This document shows, one piece after another, positions 1 through 13,142 of a stretch of DNA of 64,000 nt. The position numbers and the translations under genes were made by a program. Each line of letters begins with the position of its first letter. Within the stretch, counting starts at the first letter, position 1. The DNA lies in assembly GCF_963921235.1 (NCBI RefSeq), contig NC_086118.1:23252001-23316000 (forward strand). Direction: 5' to 3'. The DNA is from Mobula hypostoma (lineage: Eukaryota). The notes beneath the pieces are model-generated. The model did no database searches. It saw only the letters and a list, made by a program, of their open reading frames with translations, and was not told the DNA's origin.

Positions 1-752
1 TGGCACTGTCTTGTTGCAGGAAAACAAGCCCAGGGCTCCCACTGATTTAGCGATATTGGTGTGTTGCAATGATTTTATATGTTCATACGGGGAAAATATG
101 TGCTGTGTGTTTAATATCCAAACTTTACTTAAAATGTTATGATGCTATTGACTTATAAGTGACTTATATAACCATATAGTAATTACAGCACGGAAACAGG
201 CGATCTCTGCCCTTCTAGTCCGTGCCGAATGCTACTCTCACCTAGACCCAATGACCTGCACTCAGCCCATAACCCTCCATTCCTTTCCTGTCCATATACC
301 TATCCAATTTTACTTTAAATGATAATATCAAACCTGCCTCTACCACTTCTGCTAGAAGTTCGTTCAACACTTACTTCAAGCTCCCCTGTCCTCTCCTGAT
401 AATTGACATCACTATATTCGTGCGAGGAAAATATGCGCTGTGTGTTTAATATTAAATTCGTTAGATAAACCCTTTTAGAAACAAAATTGAGTGTATTAGC
501 CACTTATCACCTATATTCCGGTTGTGATTAACACCCCTCTCCCCCGAACAGAATCGCCAAAAACAATTTGTAGGAAAAAATCGGCATGTACACGCATGCA
601 CACTGGTGCCCGCGCAAGGCTTCATGGTCATTGTAGTCTTTCTCGGGGTAAACATAATGTATTTGACTGCTACTCTTGTCTGTTGGCTACCCTACCCCCC
701 TAAGTGGTTATATAAGTCACTTATAAGTCAATAGCATCATAACATTTTAAGT
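1..752. mobile_element. Partial non-autonomous DNA-transposon (MITE-like) composite with a 48-bp perfect inverted repeat and an embedded CR1 3' tail
   Basis: 127-174 and 705-752 are exact reverse complements. A near-identical direct repeat ggaaaatatgYgctgtgtgtttaatat occurs at about 91 and about 427. About 590-650 matches the reverse complement of about 50525-50587. About 180-370 resembles CR1 3' ends. Confidence 0.6.
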
Positions 753-1255
753 GTTTATAAAACACTTACTCAGAAACTTTAAATGACATGGTCTCATCAC
801 ATTTGCTGAGTATTGAGTTCCAGTTCATTGCCGTCACTCTCTCTGTTTTAAAAAATATATATTTCTTCTTACATTTTCACTTAATACTCACCTTCAACTT
901 CCAACCAGCGCCTCTCTTACAATATCTTGTTTAGATATCTTTAAGTCAGATTTCTTTGGTCAGTACCCAAATAGTCTTAGTCTTATCCATAACAGATCAT
1001 GGTGTACTACTTCTAGCCTCCTCATCTTGATTATTAATATGAGCAGTCGCACCATTCTCTTGCTGGTCCTTTGTTGATGAGCTAGAGAATGGCTCTGTTT
1101 TCGATTTAGTCATAGTAGAAGTATCTGTTGCATAGCTTCTGTCCTCGCCCATAGAGATTTACCTTCTGCCCCTTTGTCTGCATTTATAAGCTGCTTCACT
1201 ATCAATATTGCCTGCTGATACTAAGGGGGGGGGGGGGAGGGAGGCATGGATATTA

Positions 1256-2793
1256 CAGTGCCTTGAAAAAGTATTCGGTCCCCAAACCTTTGTTCTCATA
1301 AATAAGTATTACAACCAGGGATTGTGATCAATTTAACTGGGAATTTTTATTTGTGAATCACATGCTCTTTTTTTCTACAGTAGAGCCCAGAAGACGGGAA
1401 CATTTTAAAGCATGAAAAACTAAAAGTTCAAAACCTGAAATGAAAACTAAAAGTATTCATCCTCCTTTGCTTGGCATTTAGTTGAACCACCTCTCAAAGC
1501 TTTAACAGCCATTAGTCTCTTTAGATATGTCTCCGTTAGCTTTCTGCAATATGATGGAGCAAGATTTGCCCATTCCTCCTTGCTAAATTGCTCAAGCTGT
1601 GCCAGGTTACTTGGGGAGCGGTGTTGGACTGCAATCTTGTGATCTTGGAGTGATGCTTGATTGGGTTAAGATCAGGACTGACTGGGCCACTCAAGGACAT
1701 CAATTTTCTTCACTTGAAGCCACTCCATTGTTGTCCTGCTGAAAGATGAACTTCCTCCTCAATTTAAGCTTTCTGTCAGAAGCTACCTGGTTTTTATCAA
1801 GGATCTCTGTATTTAGCAGCATTTATCTTTCCATCAATCCTGACCAGATTTTTAGTTCTTGCTGGTAAAAAGCATTCCCATATAATGATGCTACCTCTGC
1901 CATACTGTACAGTAGGGTTGGTGTTACCTGGCTGATGTGCAGTATGATATTTATGTTACATGTACCACTTTGTGTTGAGGCTAAAAAGTTCCACTTTTGT
2001 CTCATCTGATCACTAAATTTTCTTCCATATCTTTATGGTATCTTCTAGGTGATGCTTTGTAAAGTTTTTATAGGCAAAGATATACTTTTTTGTGCAAGGC
2101 CTTAGAGCTTATGGAGCCATGAATTTCATCTCCAGTTGCAGCAACCGACTTCTGCAGCTCACTCAAAATGACTTGGTGTCACAGAAGCCTCTCTTTAAAG
2201 TGCCATTCTTCTCCGGTGACTAAGCTTGGAGGGCGGCCTGACCTAGGCAGCATAGCTGTGGATTCATATTTTCTTTCCATTTTTCACAGTAGACTGCACT
2301 GAACTCCGAGGTATATTCAGTGCTATTGCGATGGTCTTGTATCTTTCCCCTGATTTGTGCTTCTCTATTATAATTACTTTGACTTGTCTGGAATGCTCTT
2401 TTGTCTTCATTTTGCTTTGATCTGTTGAAAATCTGCCATACTGTTAGACCTTACAGAGAGAGGGGTATTTACAGTATTTTTATGAATTCATTGAAAACAA
2501 GTGATCCTCCAATTTTCTACATCAACAAATTTGGTGAGCTTGTAAGGAAATATATTGCTACTGAGGAAAGTTAGAGTAGTAATTACAAGGGGGATGAATA
2601 CTTTTTCCAGCCTCTGAAGTTTGGTTTTTAAATTTTAGTAAAACTTGACAGGTCTTGGAATTTTTCTTGATTTCACATGATGCACAATGTTTTATATATT
2701 AACTTAAAAGTTCTTCTTTAATATATTTTAAATTTAGAAAATGAGACATTAAAAAACGAAATTAGTTGTAGGGGGCTGAACACTTTTTCAAGG
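1256..2793 (-). mobile_element. Degraded Tc1-like DNA transposon (IR/DR type)
   Basis: Begins TA|CAGTGCCTTGAAAAAGTATTC and ends gaacactttttcaagg (truncated inverse TIR). Inner repeats aaaagtattcatcc (about 1450) and ggatgaatactttt (about 2593). Length about 1.5 kb; the interior resembles decayed antisense Tc1 transposase. Confidence 0.8.
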
Positions 2794-5700
2794 TGTCCAT
2801 TTTTCCAAGGTGTTTTTTAGTGATGGTGTCCATTTAACCACAAACACTAATTCTCTGCTCTCATTAGTTTGCCTGACTATGATTTTTGAATGTCTGTAAG
2901 TCTTCCCCAGCTAAGCACTGAGAAGAAAAAAATAATTGTATTATGGTGCTTGAACCTACTCCACCCTCTTGCAAAACAATTTTAGTTTAAACAATAATAT
3001 TTGGAATTTCCTCATTCTTTTTCAATGATTCATTTAATATTTAAGTGCATTGTACACATACTCATGCCTTTGAAACATGTCCTCTATTATTAAATCGCCT
3101 CTCTTAGTTCATCTGCACTTAATGCTAGCCTTTATCAATGCCTTCTATCATTACCCCACTGCTCTCATCGTCAGTCTCTTTTCTGCCCTCTGGTAGCACC
3201 CTATCCAAAACCTTAAGACATCCATTTCAACTCACAACTTTACTCAAATACCACGCTTGGTCTGCAGTAACATGCAGTCCTTTGGGTCCCAAAATGTAAC
3301 TACTTTGTGCAAGCCATTCCCACAGTCTCCCTAACCAGCAGCTCTACATCACTATCCCAAACCATCCATCAACTCTTACATTACTTTTCATCCTTCAATC
3401 CCTGTCTTTGTCATGGCTGACCATTTGCCTAGATTCTGTTCCTTCAGATTTTTCTCTCTAAGCTGCTCTGCCTATTCTATGGCACTCCTGCATGTCATTT
3501 ATTTGTGCATTGAGCAGTTCCTTCCAGTCTGTTGGCACTGCATCCAGTGTGGTTATCATTCTTTAAAGTCCATCAGGATCATCAATGTCCCTTTATTTTA
3601 TAATTTTGCATTGTAGATATTTTAATGTAAGTGTATTGTTTACAGTAGATTTTTTGAAATGGCTGAAATTGCACAACTAATCAAAGGGGAACTACAGAAT
3701 GATGTGTTTTCCAAAATCTGTAATTGAAATTCTAATCCAGACAAAATGTTTTCAAAGACACAAGGGCAGTTTGGCAGCGTCAACTCTTGCGTACGCAGTG
3801 TGAGGAGTTTTGTTGTATCTCACCAATTACTGATAATATGCGTCAAAACCAGAGGCAAACTGTTAAGGTTCACGTAATGATCATCTGCTGTTTGACAGTG
3901 AGCCTTGAGTAACACAGAATAATAGGTTGCTGGTATATTACATTTTAAATCACAGAAACATGTTTCTCCGTTGAGACCGACTCTTTGTGGTTTGTGGTAT
4001 TAACACATCTACTGCTTCAGGGCTGGAATCCACACCATTGAGCCACATTGCCCATTAAAAAGACAAATGATTGATTTCATGCATTAGTGAAGCAGCATGT
4101 TTCAACAAATATGTATGTTTGTGCTTTTCACGTTTGAAAGTATGTGAATTGAGTCAAAATGCAATTTTTAATCTCAGAGGAAAATTAGAAACGTATCTCC
4201 TTGCATAACTGGAAAGCTGAAATACAAAAGCCATCTTTGATAATATTTGTGTTTATATGAGGAACAGAACGATAGCAAGGACAACTTCCATGTTGTGCTA
4301 CAAATATTTGATTAAAGATATAAAAGATAATATGCACATCTTTAAGTCTAGTATTCTCTTGCAAAAAAATTATTAAAATTTCTGTGAAAAATTAAATAAA
4401 TCACAAAACTATAGCAGGAGGAAGATGGTGGTTGGTTATTTTCCATCTCCAAGCTTTTCATCCACATATTAAACATGGCAGGAGTTATCATAAAAGCATT
4501 TACTAAATGCTGTCTTCATTTTCATTATGTCGCTCAGCATGCGTACTTTGGATCCGACTGTAGTGCCCAATTGCACATAAATTCTATTTGAATCTTTGGT
4601 GTATGGTTGAATTAACACTAACTCTAGTGGAAAATGGTCACTTGTCAAAATGGATATCTGAGCCAGCTGGACAGCTGTTAGTGCTTGTTCACTGTATGCC
4701 GATATGGTTGACTCCTGTGGAAATTTAAGTGTTATATTCAGTTGGTCCTTTTAAGGAAAATACTTTGAAAGAGTTCCATGCATATCGATTACAGTTGGCA
4801 ATGGTGAGTTTTGTTAATGTCCAGGAGAGAAAATCATTATGTGATTATGTTCAGTCCAAAAACCTGTAAAATTGGCCCTGTAAGCTTCTTCATACCATTG
4901 CGACACTTGGACAAGGAGGCACCATACAAACTTTTTTAACTGGCAAAACAAAAATTTGGTTATTACTCAAAGCTGTGATGTTTCTGCTAAAATCACTCTA
5001 CAATGCCACAAGGTTTTTAATAGCTAAGAGCTTTTGTTGAAGTCTTACATGCAAGAGACTTGGGCCCATTCTGTAGCATTTTGCACTGGGAAAAGTGAAC
5101 AGTTTGTGCTTTCTTCCTCTATACTTTCACGAGGGAGGGGAGGATGTAATCAGTACAGCCTCAAAATTATGCACTGTTCCATCCAGTATACTCCTCTGAA
5201 TATTTTCTTATACTTTCGTTATATCCACCTCATCTCTACTCAGGAACTGATGCTGCAAGTATAATAGCATGTATTTTTTTACTATTTTATGCATGATCTA
5301 ACATGTAATGGCCATCTTCATGACTTGCATGTTTGCACACTGTAAAAATTGACTCATCCTGAAGCCTTTGAGCATCATACTCTTTTTCTGAATGGAAATT
5401 TTTTTCCACCATAAATTTAAATTATGTACCTCTTGTGCAGTAAAAATTTAAATACACTTAATTTTGAATTCCTGACTTGCAGGCATTGGTAAAAATTTCA
5501 AATTTAAAAAGTTTAATTGTGCACAGCTGTAATTGTTTTCGACTGTAATGCCTCTGTCCACCATTGTAACTGAGTGATATCTAACAATGAGAAAACGTTT
5601 AGTTTCTTGAGCAGTTAATCCATCCTTCTCTTTTTTTGCTGGTGTCATGCCCTTTCAAAGCTCGGTGTCTGTTTTGGTCGTGCAGGTGTGCCATAAGGCT

Positions 5701-8611
5701 GGCTTCTAATGCTCATTAATCTGCCCAAGACTAATTATTTGGGACATGAAAGACAGTAAAGTATGTTTGTTTTCTTTTTAAAGTATGAAATGTAGATGCA
5801 GACTCCTAAAATATGTATGTCTTTCACCAAAATGACACTGCCAATCTGAGTGCGCAAGCATATGTTACTCAAATAGAAATACCAGAAAATATGTATTAAA
5901 ACTAATTTTGCTGTTACTGAACGTGTTTAAATCAAACACCAGAGGCCTATAATCTATACGAACGCATTTATACATTTAACATAATTTGTTGCATAGATCA
6001 TGCATCATATTTATAGTGGTGGTGCTGGATTATTGATAAACCAATTTCACTTCACACTTATCAATTTACAATATTAATAATCAGAATTTAACAGTGCCTG
6101 TACTTCAGTTTTTATTTTTATTTTTTCAAATATTTTCATAATATTACTGTCAAAAGGAACATAATTAAAGCAGGTATGATGTATGCACATTTATTTTGTA
6201 TGTTTTGAAAAATTATATATATTTTGTATGTTCTCATTTGTAAATAGTCTGCCCTTCCAACCTGATTTTGTGTAATCTTAAAGATTCAAATCAATAAAAA
6301 TTATGTTTTGAAAAATAAGCATTGACTTAATCAGTCAAAATTATTGAAACATAAGATTTAAATTCTGGCAAGATTAACCACGTTACATCAACAAACCCAT
6401 TCAAAACTCAAATGTATTTTATCTGCAAATTTTACATGGTATACCAGCAAGCAGGAATTGTGCATATTGCCAGCAGGTATCTACTGATTTAGACAACATT
6501 AATGTATATATAAATAATTAATGCTGAAATATTATCTGATATTGGCCTATTCAAGATCATATAAGATCATAGTACAAATTGCACATAAAATATTGCTGCC
6601 TTAACAAAGCCTGATCAAAATGAGAGAGATATTTGATGGCTTGTGGTATTATTTTGTGGGGCTAATTTTTATGTACCCATCTTAAAGCACATTTTCTGAA
6701 CATGCTAATACAGAGACACTTGACTAGTGCCGGCCCCATGATACAAGTCAACAACAATTTGTTGCTTAAGTGAGTTCCACACACTCATTAGGAAGAATGT
6801 CCATCTCAAATCCACAAGGACTGATCAATCAGCATATAGTCTGTGACCTATATGATGGTGTCCCATAACTGATAAATTTGTACTCTGTAATGAATGAAGC
6901 AGAGCCAGCAGTGGAAATTTGTTTGACATGTTGGTTGATGGTAGAAAGTTATATGGATTCCAACATGCCCTTGTATGTTATCTGAATTTTACACCTAGAA
7001 ACTGACTTCTATGTCAAGGTAGCCATACGCGAGTACCTACAGCAACAATTCGGATTGAATAATAATCTCCAGCTGGAGATGTATATTCAGATGTTTAAGA
7101 ATTGTAGAAAACAAAAGGACTAGTCTCATGTTTTAGTACTGGCACCTGTTGACACTTTTCAGGTCTCTTTTCCTCCTTTGGATAACAAATAATCTGACCT
7201 TTTCATATGTAGTTGATATATTCCAATTATTTTGCAATTTATTTCACAACAGGAATATATTTTTGACTGTTATGGACATTGGAGAATAGTATAAGGCTGT
7301 TGTTCCATTCAGCATGGTACTCAATTAGTATTGCTGATGGCCCTTCCAACATATTGGGTTTTTCTGATGGTTCCTAACTTACTATATTCAGGGATTACAA
7401 ACTTTCTGGTTTACTGTGTAAATAGCTTGGAATAGTAATATATGAATAAAGGGAGGGTACTGCCAGTCCTCCCTGTTAGCTAGATGGACCAATCCTTTCA
7501 TATTTTATTTAGGAAAGTGCCCTCAATGAATTGGTTTTAAATTCTTAACTTGATAATATTCTATGATAAGGTAATTTTGGAAAATGAAGTGCAAAGAACA
7601 ATAGTTGTATTTTTAAAATGTGCATAATTTTTTAACCTTGGAAGATGTGTTTAATTTGAAATGAACATTTTGTATCCCAATTACACAGATGGTTAGAGTA
7701 ATCCTATTTGTTTAGATATCCAAACTATAAATGGGATCAGAGGAAGTTCTGTGCAAAGATATTTTTGTTACCCTTGATTATAATCTTCAAATTTTTTTTC
7801 AGCAATAACTTAGGCATGAATCTTTCTTGGCTTTGATGTTATTCTTATTAAATAAACTTAGCAAATTTGGTCATATATGTTACTGTTTACTTATGTAATT
7901 AAGCCCCATATCCTTGCAATGTTAATGAACAATAATTTCGATATTTGTTCGCAAATTTATATCATTGCTTTCCTCAGCTGCAGATCTAGACCAATTTCAG
8001 TGTGAGAATGACTCAGAAGCTGTCATATTTTTAAACAAGCTTATGGTTTTCTTAAAGAATAAAATTCAGTAAAACTAATATTTTTTGCTGTCTCATTATC
8101 TTTTTAATATACTAGCATTTAACCTGTAATGTAAATTATCACGATAAAGTTGTTTTGTGGAAAGTAGCCTTTCTTATTTTGTTTCTGTTAACAGTAGACA
8201 GCAACTGCAGATGTAGATGGACTTTCTCGCAGCCTTTAAATTAAATCAATATATCACCAGCAATTGAATTTTGGGGATTCCACCTTGCATCCTAATTCCA
8301 CTAATGTGCATTGTTGTCATTTCATTAACTCTAGCAGAGTAAAACTCTTTGTTAAGAAATATTTTTCAGTTATTCATTTTGTAAAATTATACAGGTTTTC
8401 TTTCTGGGGAAGTAATTCTTCTGTTGTCTATATGCTCAATTAGGAAATGGGGAGCATGGTAATTTATAACAGAATTGCTTTGGAATCCAGAGATCAAGTT
8501 ATCTTTTTCACAGGGAAAAGAAAATTGAAGGGATTTTGAAGCTGCTGAGAAGTTAAGTCCTGGTAATCGTACTGTTCTGGCATTGAATCTCATGCCCAAT
8601 TGACATGCTGT

Positions 8612-10426
8612 CATAGAGACATAGAAAATAGGTGCAGGAGTAGGCCATTCAGCCCTTCAAGCCTGCACCGCCATTTATTATGATCATGGCTGATCATCCA
8701 ACTCAGAACCCCGCCCCAGCCTTCCCTCCATACCCCCTGATCCCCGTAGCCACAAGGGCCATATCTAACTCCCTCTTAATTATAGCCAATGAACTGGCCT
8801 CAACTGTTTCCTGTGGCAGAGAATTCCACAGATTCACCATTCTCTGTGTGAAGAAGTTTTTCCTAATCTCGGTCCTAAAAGGCTTCCCCTTTATCCTCAA
8901 ACTGTGACCCCTTGTTCTGGACTTCCCCAACATCGGGAACAATCTTCCTGCATCTAGCCTGTCCAATCCCTTTAGGATTTTATACGTTTCAATCAGATCC
9001 CCCCTCAATCTTCTAAATTCCAACGAGTACAAGCCCAGTTCATCCAGTCTTTCTTCATATGAAAGTCCTGCCATCCCAAGAATCAATTTGGTGAACCTTC
9101 TTTGTACTCCCTCTATGGCAAGGATGTCGTTCTTCAGATTAGGGGACCAAAACTGCACACAATACTCCAGGTGTGGTCTCACCAAGGCCTTGTACAACTG
9201 CAGTAGTACCTCCCTGCTCCTGTACTTGAATCCTCTCGCTATAAATGCCAGCATACCATTCGCCTTTTTCACCGCCTGCTGTACCTTCATGCCCACTTTC
9301 AATGACTGGTGTATAATGACACCCAGGTCTCGTTGCACCTCCCCTTTTCCTAATCGGCCACCATTCAGATAATGATCTGTTTTCCTATTTTTGCCACCAA
9401 AGTGGATAACTTCACATTTATCCACATTAAATTGCATCTGCCATGAATTTGCCCACTCACCCAACCTATCCAAGTCACTCTGCTTCCTCTTAGCATCCTC
9501 CTCACTGCTAACACTGCCACCCAGCTTCGTGTCATCCGCAAACTTGGAGATGCTGCATTTAATTCCCTCATCCAAGTCATTAATATATATTGTAAACAAC
9601 TGGGGTCCCAGCACTGAGCCTTGCGGTACCCCACTAGTCACCGCCTGCCATTCTGAAAAAGTCCCGTTTATTCCCACTCTTTGCTTCCTGTTTGCTAACC
9701 AATTCTCCATCCACATCAATACCTTACCCCCAATACCGTGTGCTTTAAGTTTGCACACTAATCTCCTGTGTGGGACCTTGTCAAAAGCCTTTTGAAAATC
9801 CAAATATACCACATCCACTGGTTCTCCCCTATCCACTCTACTAGTTACATCCTCAAAAAATTCTATGAGATTCGTCAGACATGATCTTCCTTTCACAAAT
9901 CCATGCTGACTTTGTCCGATGATTTCACCGCCTTCCAAATGTGCTGTTATCATATCTTTGATAACTGACTCCAGCAGTTTCCCTACCACCGACGTTAGGC
10001 TAACCGGTCTAAAATTCCCCGGTTTCTCTCTCCCTCCTTTTTTAAAAAGTGGGGTTACATTAGCCACCCTCCAATCCTCTGGAACTAGTCCAGAATCTAA
10101 TGAGTTTTGAAAAATTATCACTAATGCAGCCACTATTTCTTGGGCTACTTCCTTAAGCACTTTAGGATGCAGACCATCTGGTCCTGGGGATTTATCTGCC
10201 TTCAATCCCTTCAATTTGCCTAACACCACTTCCCTACTAACATGTATTTCGCTCAGTTCCTCCATCTCATTGGACCCTCTGTCCCCTACTATTTCTGGAA
10301 GATTATTTATGTCCTCCTTAGTGAAGACGGAACCAAAGTAATTATTCAATTGGTCTGCCATGTCCTTGCTCCCCATAATCAATTCACCTGTTTCTGTCTG
10401 TAGGGGACCTACTTTTGTCTTTACCA
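8612..10426 (-). mobile_element. CR1-clade LINE, 5'-truncated young copy; uninterrupted 559-aa ORF2 segment (RT plus C-terminus)
   Basis: ORF 8703..10382 has KSPGPDG, YLDFQKAFDKVPH, GVPQGSVLGP, KFADDTK and RRLRGDLIE motifs, with no endonuclease domain. The 3' UTR ends in a (TTTCTATG)-type tail. Possible 5-bp TSD gtcat at 8610-8614 / 10427-10431. Confidence 0.96.
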
Positions 10427-11284
10427 GTCATTAAGGTGTTACATTTATGAATGAGATACCAGCTTTTAATTTTGAAATATTCTAAGCCAATAAGCTAGTA
10501 GTTTATAGGTTACAGAATGTCACAAGCTTCATTGTATTTTCAGTTTGAGATGAGTCTTTGAACTGCCACCTTGTCCTACTGCCACACTGTTTAATCCATG
10601 CTCTCAACAGTAGCCCTGGCTGTTTCACTTCCAGGCGTGTGTAGAGGTTCGTAACCTCCATTAAATACTCTGACTCCATTCAGGCCAAGTTGTTATGCTG
10701 TCATCATTCCTTGCCCCAATATTGTAATGAGTGCCAAATCCTACTTCTGGCAGAGACTATTGAGGGGACAAAGAGAATGAGGAAAGCTCTTGTTTTTTTT
10801 TTGTGTGGGAGTGAAAGGTTAATCGATAAGAGGGATGTACTCCTTAGCTAGTGCTGGTGGTGGTCCAGCTGTGCTACATTATTTAGCTTGACAGAATTTG
10901 ATTTTTTTTAAATGATTTTGTTTAATAATATTGGTTATTCCATATTTATTTTAATTTTTGTTTATAATTGACAGAACTTCTCAAAAGTAAGTGGTGAGGC
11001 AGAAAAATTATCAATGATAATATGCCATTAAAAGCTTTACATCTCTGATAATGTATGAAAAATGCATGAATTATTAAATCATACCTGTTTTAATTCATTG
11101 TATTCATGTAGCAACAGCCATACTTTTGTGAGGAAAGTAGTTGAGAAATACAAAAATATCTCAGGACTGTATATATTAATGAATTCTGAATTAGTATGAT
11201 GGATATTTCATAGATCTGTTCATATGACAGGTGAAAATCTAATCTTGTGGAGAGTTAATAGATGAATAATTTTGTATTTGCACA

Positions 11285-11630
11285 GGTAAACAAAGAATAG
11301 AGTCAAACAGTGTGGGAGCAGGCCCTTCAGACCAAATCATGTGTTGCCCAGTGAGCTAGTCCCACCTGCCTGCATTTGGCCTACAACCCTCTGCACCCCT
11401 CCTAGATGGCTTTTAAATGTTCCTAAAGTGCCTGCCTCAACCACCATTTCGGGCAGATCATTCTGAATACTGCTTGTATGAAGAAGATGCTTCTGATGTC
11501 CCTTTTAACCCTCTCGCCTCTGAAATCAAACCTTTGCTGCCTTTTGTTTTTAGCTCCCATCCCTAGGAAAAAGTGTACGTACTTTCATCCTATCTATTGC
11601 CCTCATGATCTGTCAGGTCGTCCCCTCAAT
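11285..11630 (-). mobile_element. Degraded CR1 3'-end fragment
   Basis: Similar to other CR1 3' UTR pieces in the window (caggcccttc...gagctagtccc, compare 58310-58400). Confidence 0.55.
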
Positions 11631-13089
11631 CTATTTTAAGTCCGAGTATAGAACTAAAGTAAAGATAATAATTTGGATAACTTCTTTATCTGAAGTCACA
11701 TATCTCGGATGTACAGAGCCCAACCCTGGTGATCATTGGACCACACCCCATCTCAGAAAAATACAGTATTCTGCAGGTTACTGCAGAAAATGAATATTTT
11801 TATAGATACTTAAAGTTCATGTCCTGGGGATGCAGATACAAGGAGTTAGCCAGAGATTTGCTTTGAAAACAGGTAATTTGTTTTGTAGCCTTCGAGGCAG
11901 GTACTTATTTATGACCAGCACTGAAGAGACGTGATGTTTAAATTTTTGAATGTTTTCCTACCTGTAACATTTCAGCCAGGATATCATTACCTCCAGTGTA
12001 CAACTGATTTTTTAATATATATTGTATTATACAACTATATTAATGATTCTCACCTGAAAGTTAAAATGGACTGTTAAAGTTAGGTATTCCAAGAATGTCA
12101 CCCATTGTTACACATTGAATAACATTTCCATAATATATAAAGGAATGATACTATTGACTGGTCACAGTGAAATTATTTTCGTGAAAGGTGGAGATAAATA
12201 GAGGAGAACTTACAGACTTTCAGTTCTTATATTCAATCTTAACTATAACAGGATTTTACATTTTTGAAGAAATTGTTTCTTCAGCATCTGATGTGAAAAA
12301 CAGAATTGCATCTGTTATGGATAAAAATCAGCAGGTGCTTAGGCGTTGGGTACCCCTGAGCTGATTGGCTGACTGCCTGGAGGCACACAGAGGGTATATT
12401 GTGTGATCATATAAATGTTTGTGTGTGTTCGGCAAGTCCCTAATAAAATATGAAGGTCTGGGCCAGCCCATTTGAATTGGAGTACATACTTAAAAGCACA
12501 AAGGATTAGAGCTGTTTCCTTGAATCTGCAGGCCAAGGCTTCATCACACTGCTGTTTTTGAAGTTCTTCAAAAGCACTAAAAGCTTTCCCTTGCCCAGAT
12601 GAGTCTGATTCTGAAGTGTGCTTTGAAGCCATGCTTTTTGATGACTAAGTTTGATAATTGCTTTAGTTAATAACATATTAACATTGGGTTTTTAGTTTGG
12701 AACTACAAGTTGTTTGCCTAGAGATTGAGTTTTTGCAGTTACCTGTTTTGATCACCTTATGGCATTGAATGACACTTTTTTTGTTATTATTTGAATAAAC
12801 TGGTGATTTACAATAAATCTGCATTATTTCCTGCTGGTTTACTTTCTATTTCTATTAAAAAAAATACATGTGGTGTATTAATTAAACATGTAATGCCCAA
12901 ACTAATTTCTGTAACTGGTAACTCGAATTCTACTAACCTTAATTTTGTATCGATCTGGGTATGTAAAGAAACTTTATGAACCAGTCATTTGAATTAAATT
13001 CTCTTCATGTCTGGTCACCTGAGCTCATTCAAATCATTTTTCAGTATCATTGTTCATTGTCATCAACAAAAAAATTTGATTACATTTTG

Positions 13090-13090
<1 letters not shown>

Positions 13091-13138
<48 letters not shown>
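13091..13138. repeat. (TG)24 microsatellite
   Basis: Perfect dinucleotide run read directly. Confidence 0.98.

Positions 13139-13142
<4 letters not shown>

Noticed and set aside
9088..10110. Plus-strand ORFs over the CR1 (also 61426-62550)
   Set aside because: Antisense shadows of the RT reading frame.
8703..10382. RT ORF as a retron, DGR, group II intron or domesticated gene
   Set aside because: It has CR1 motifs, a CR1 3' UTR and tail, 5' truncation and a second decayed copy in the window, so it is an ordinary LINE.
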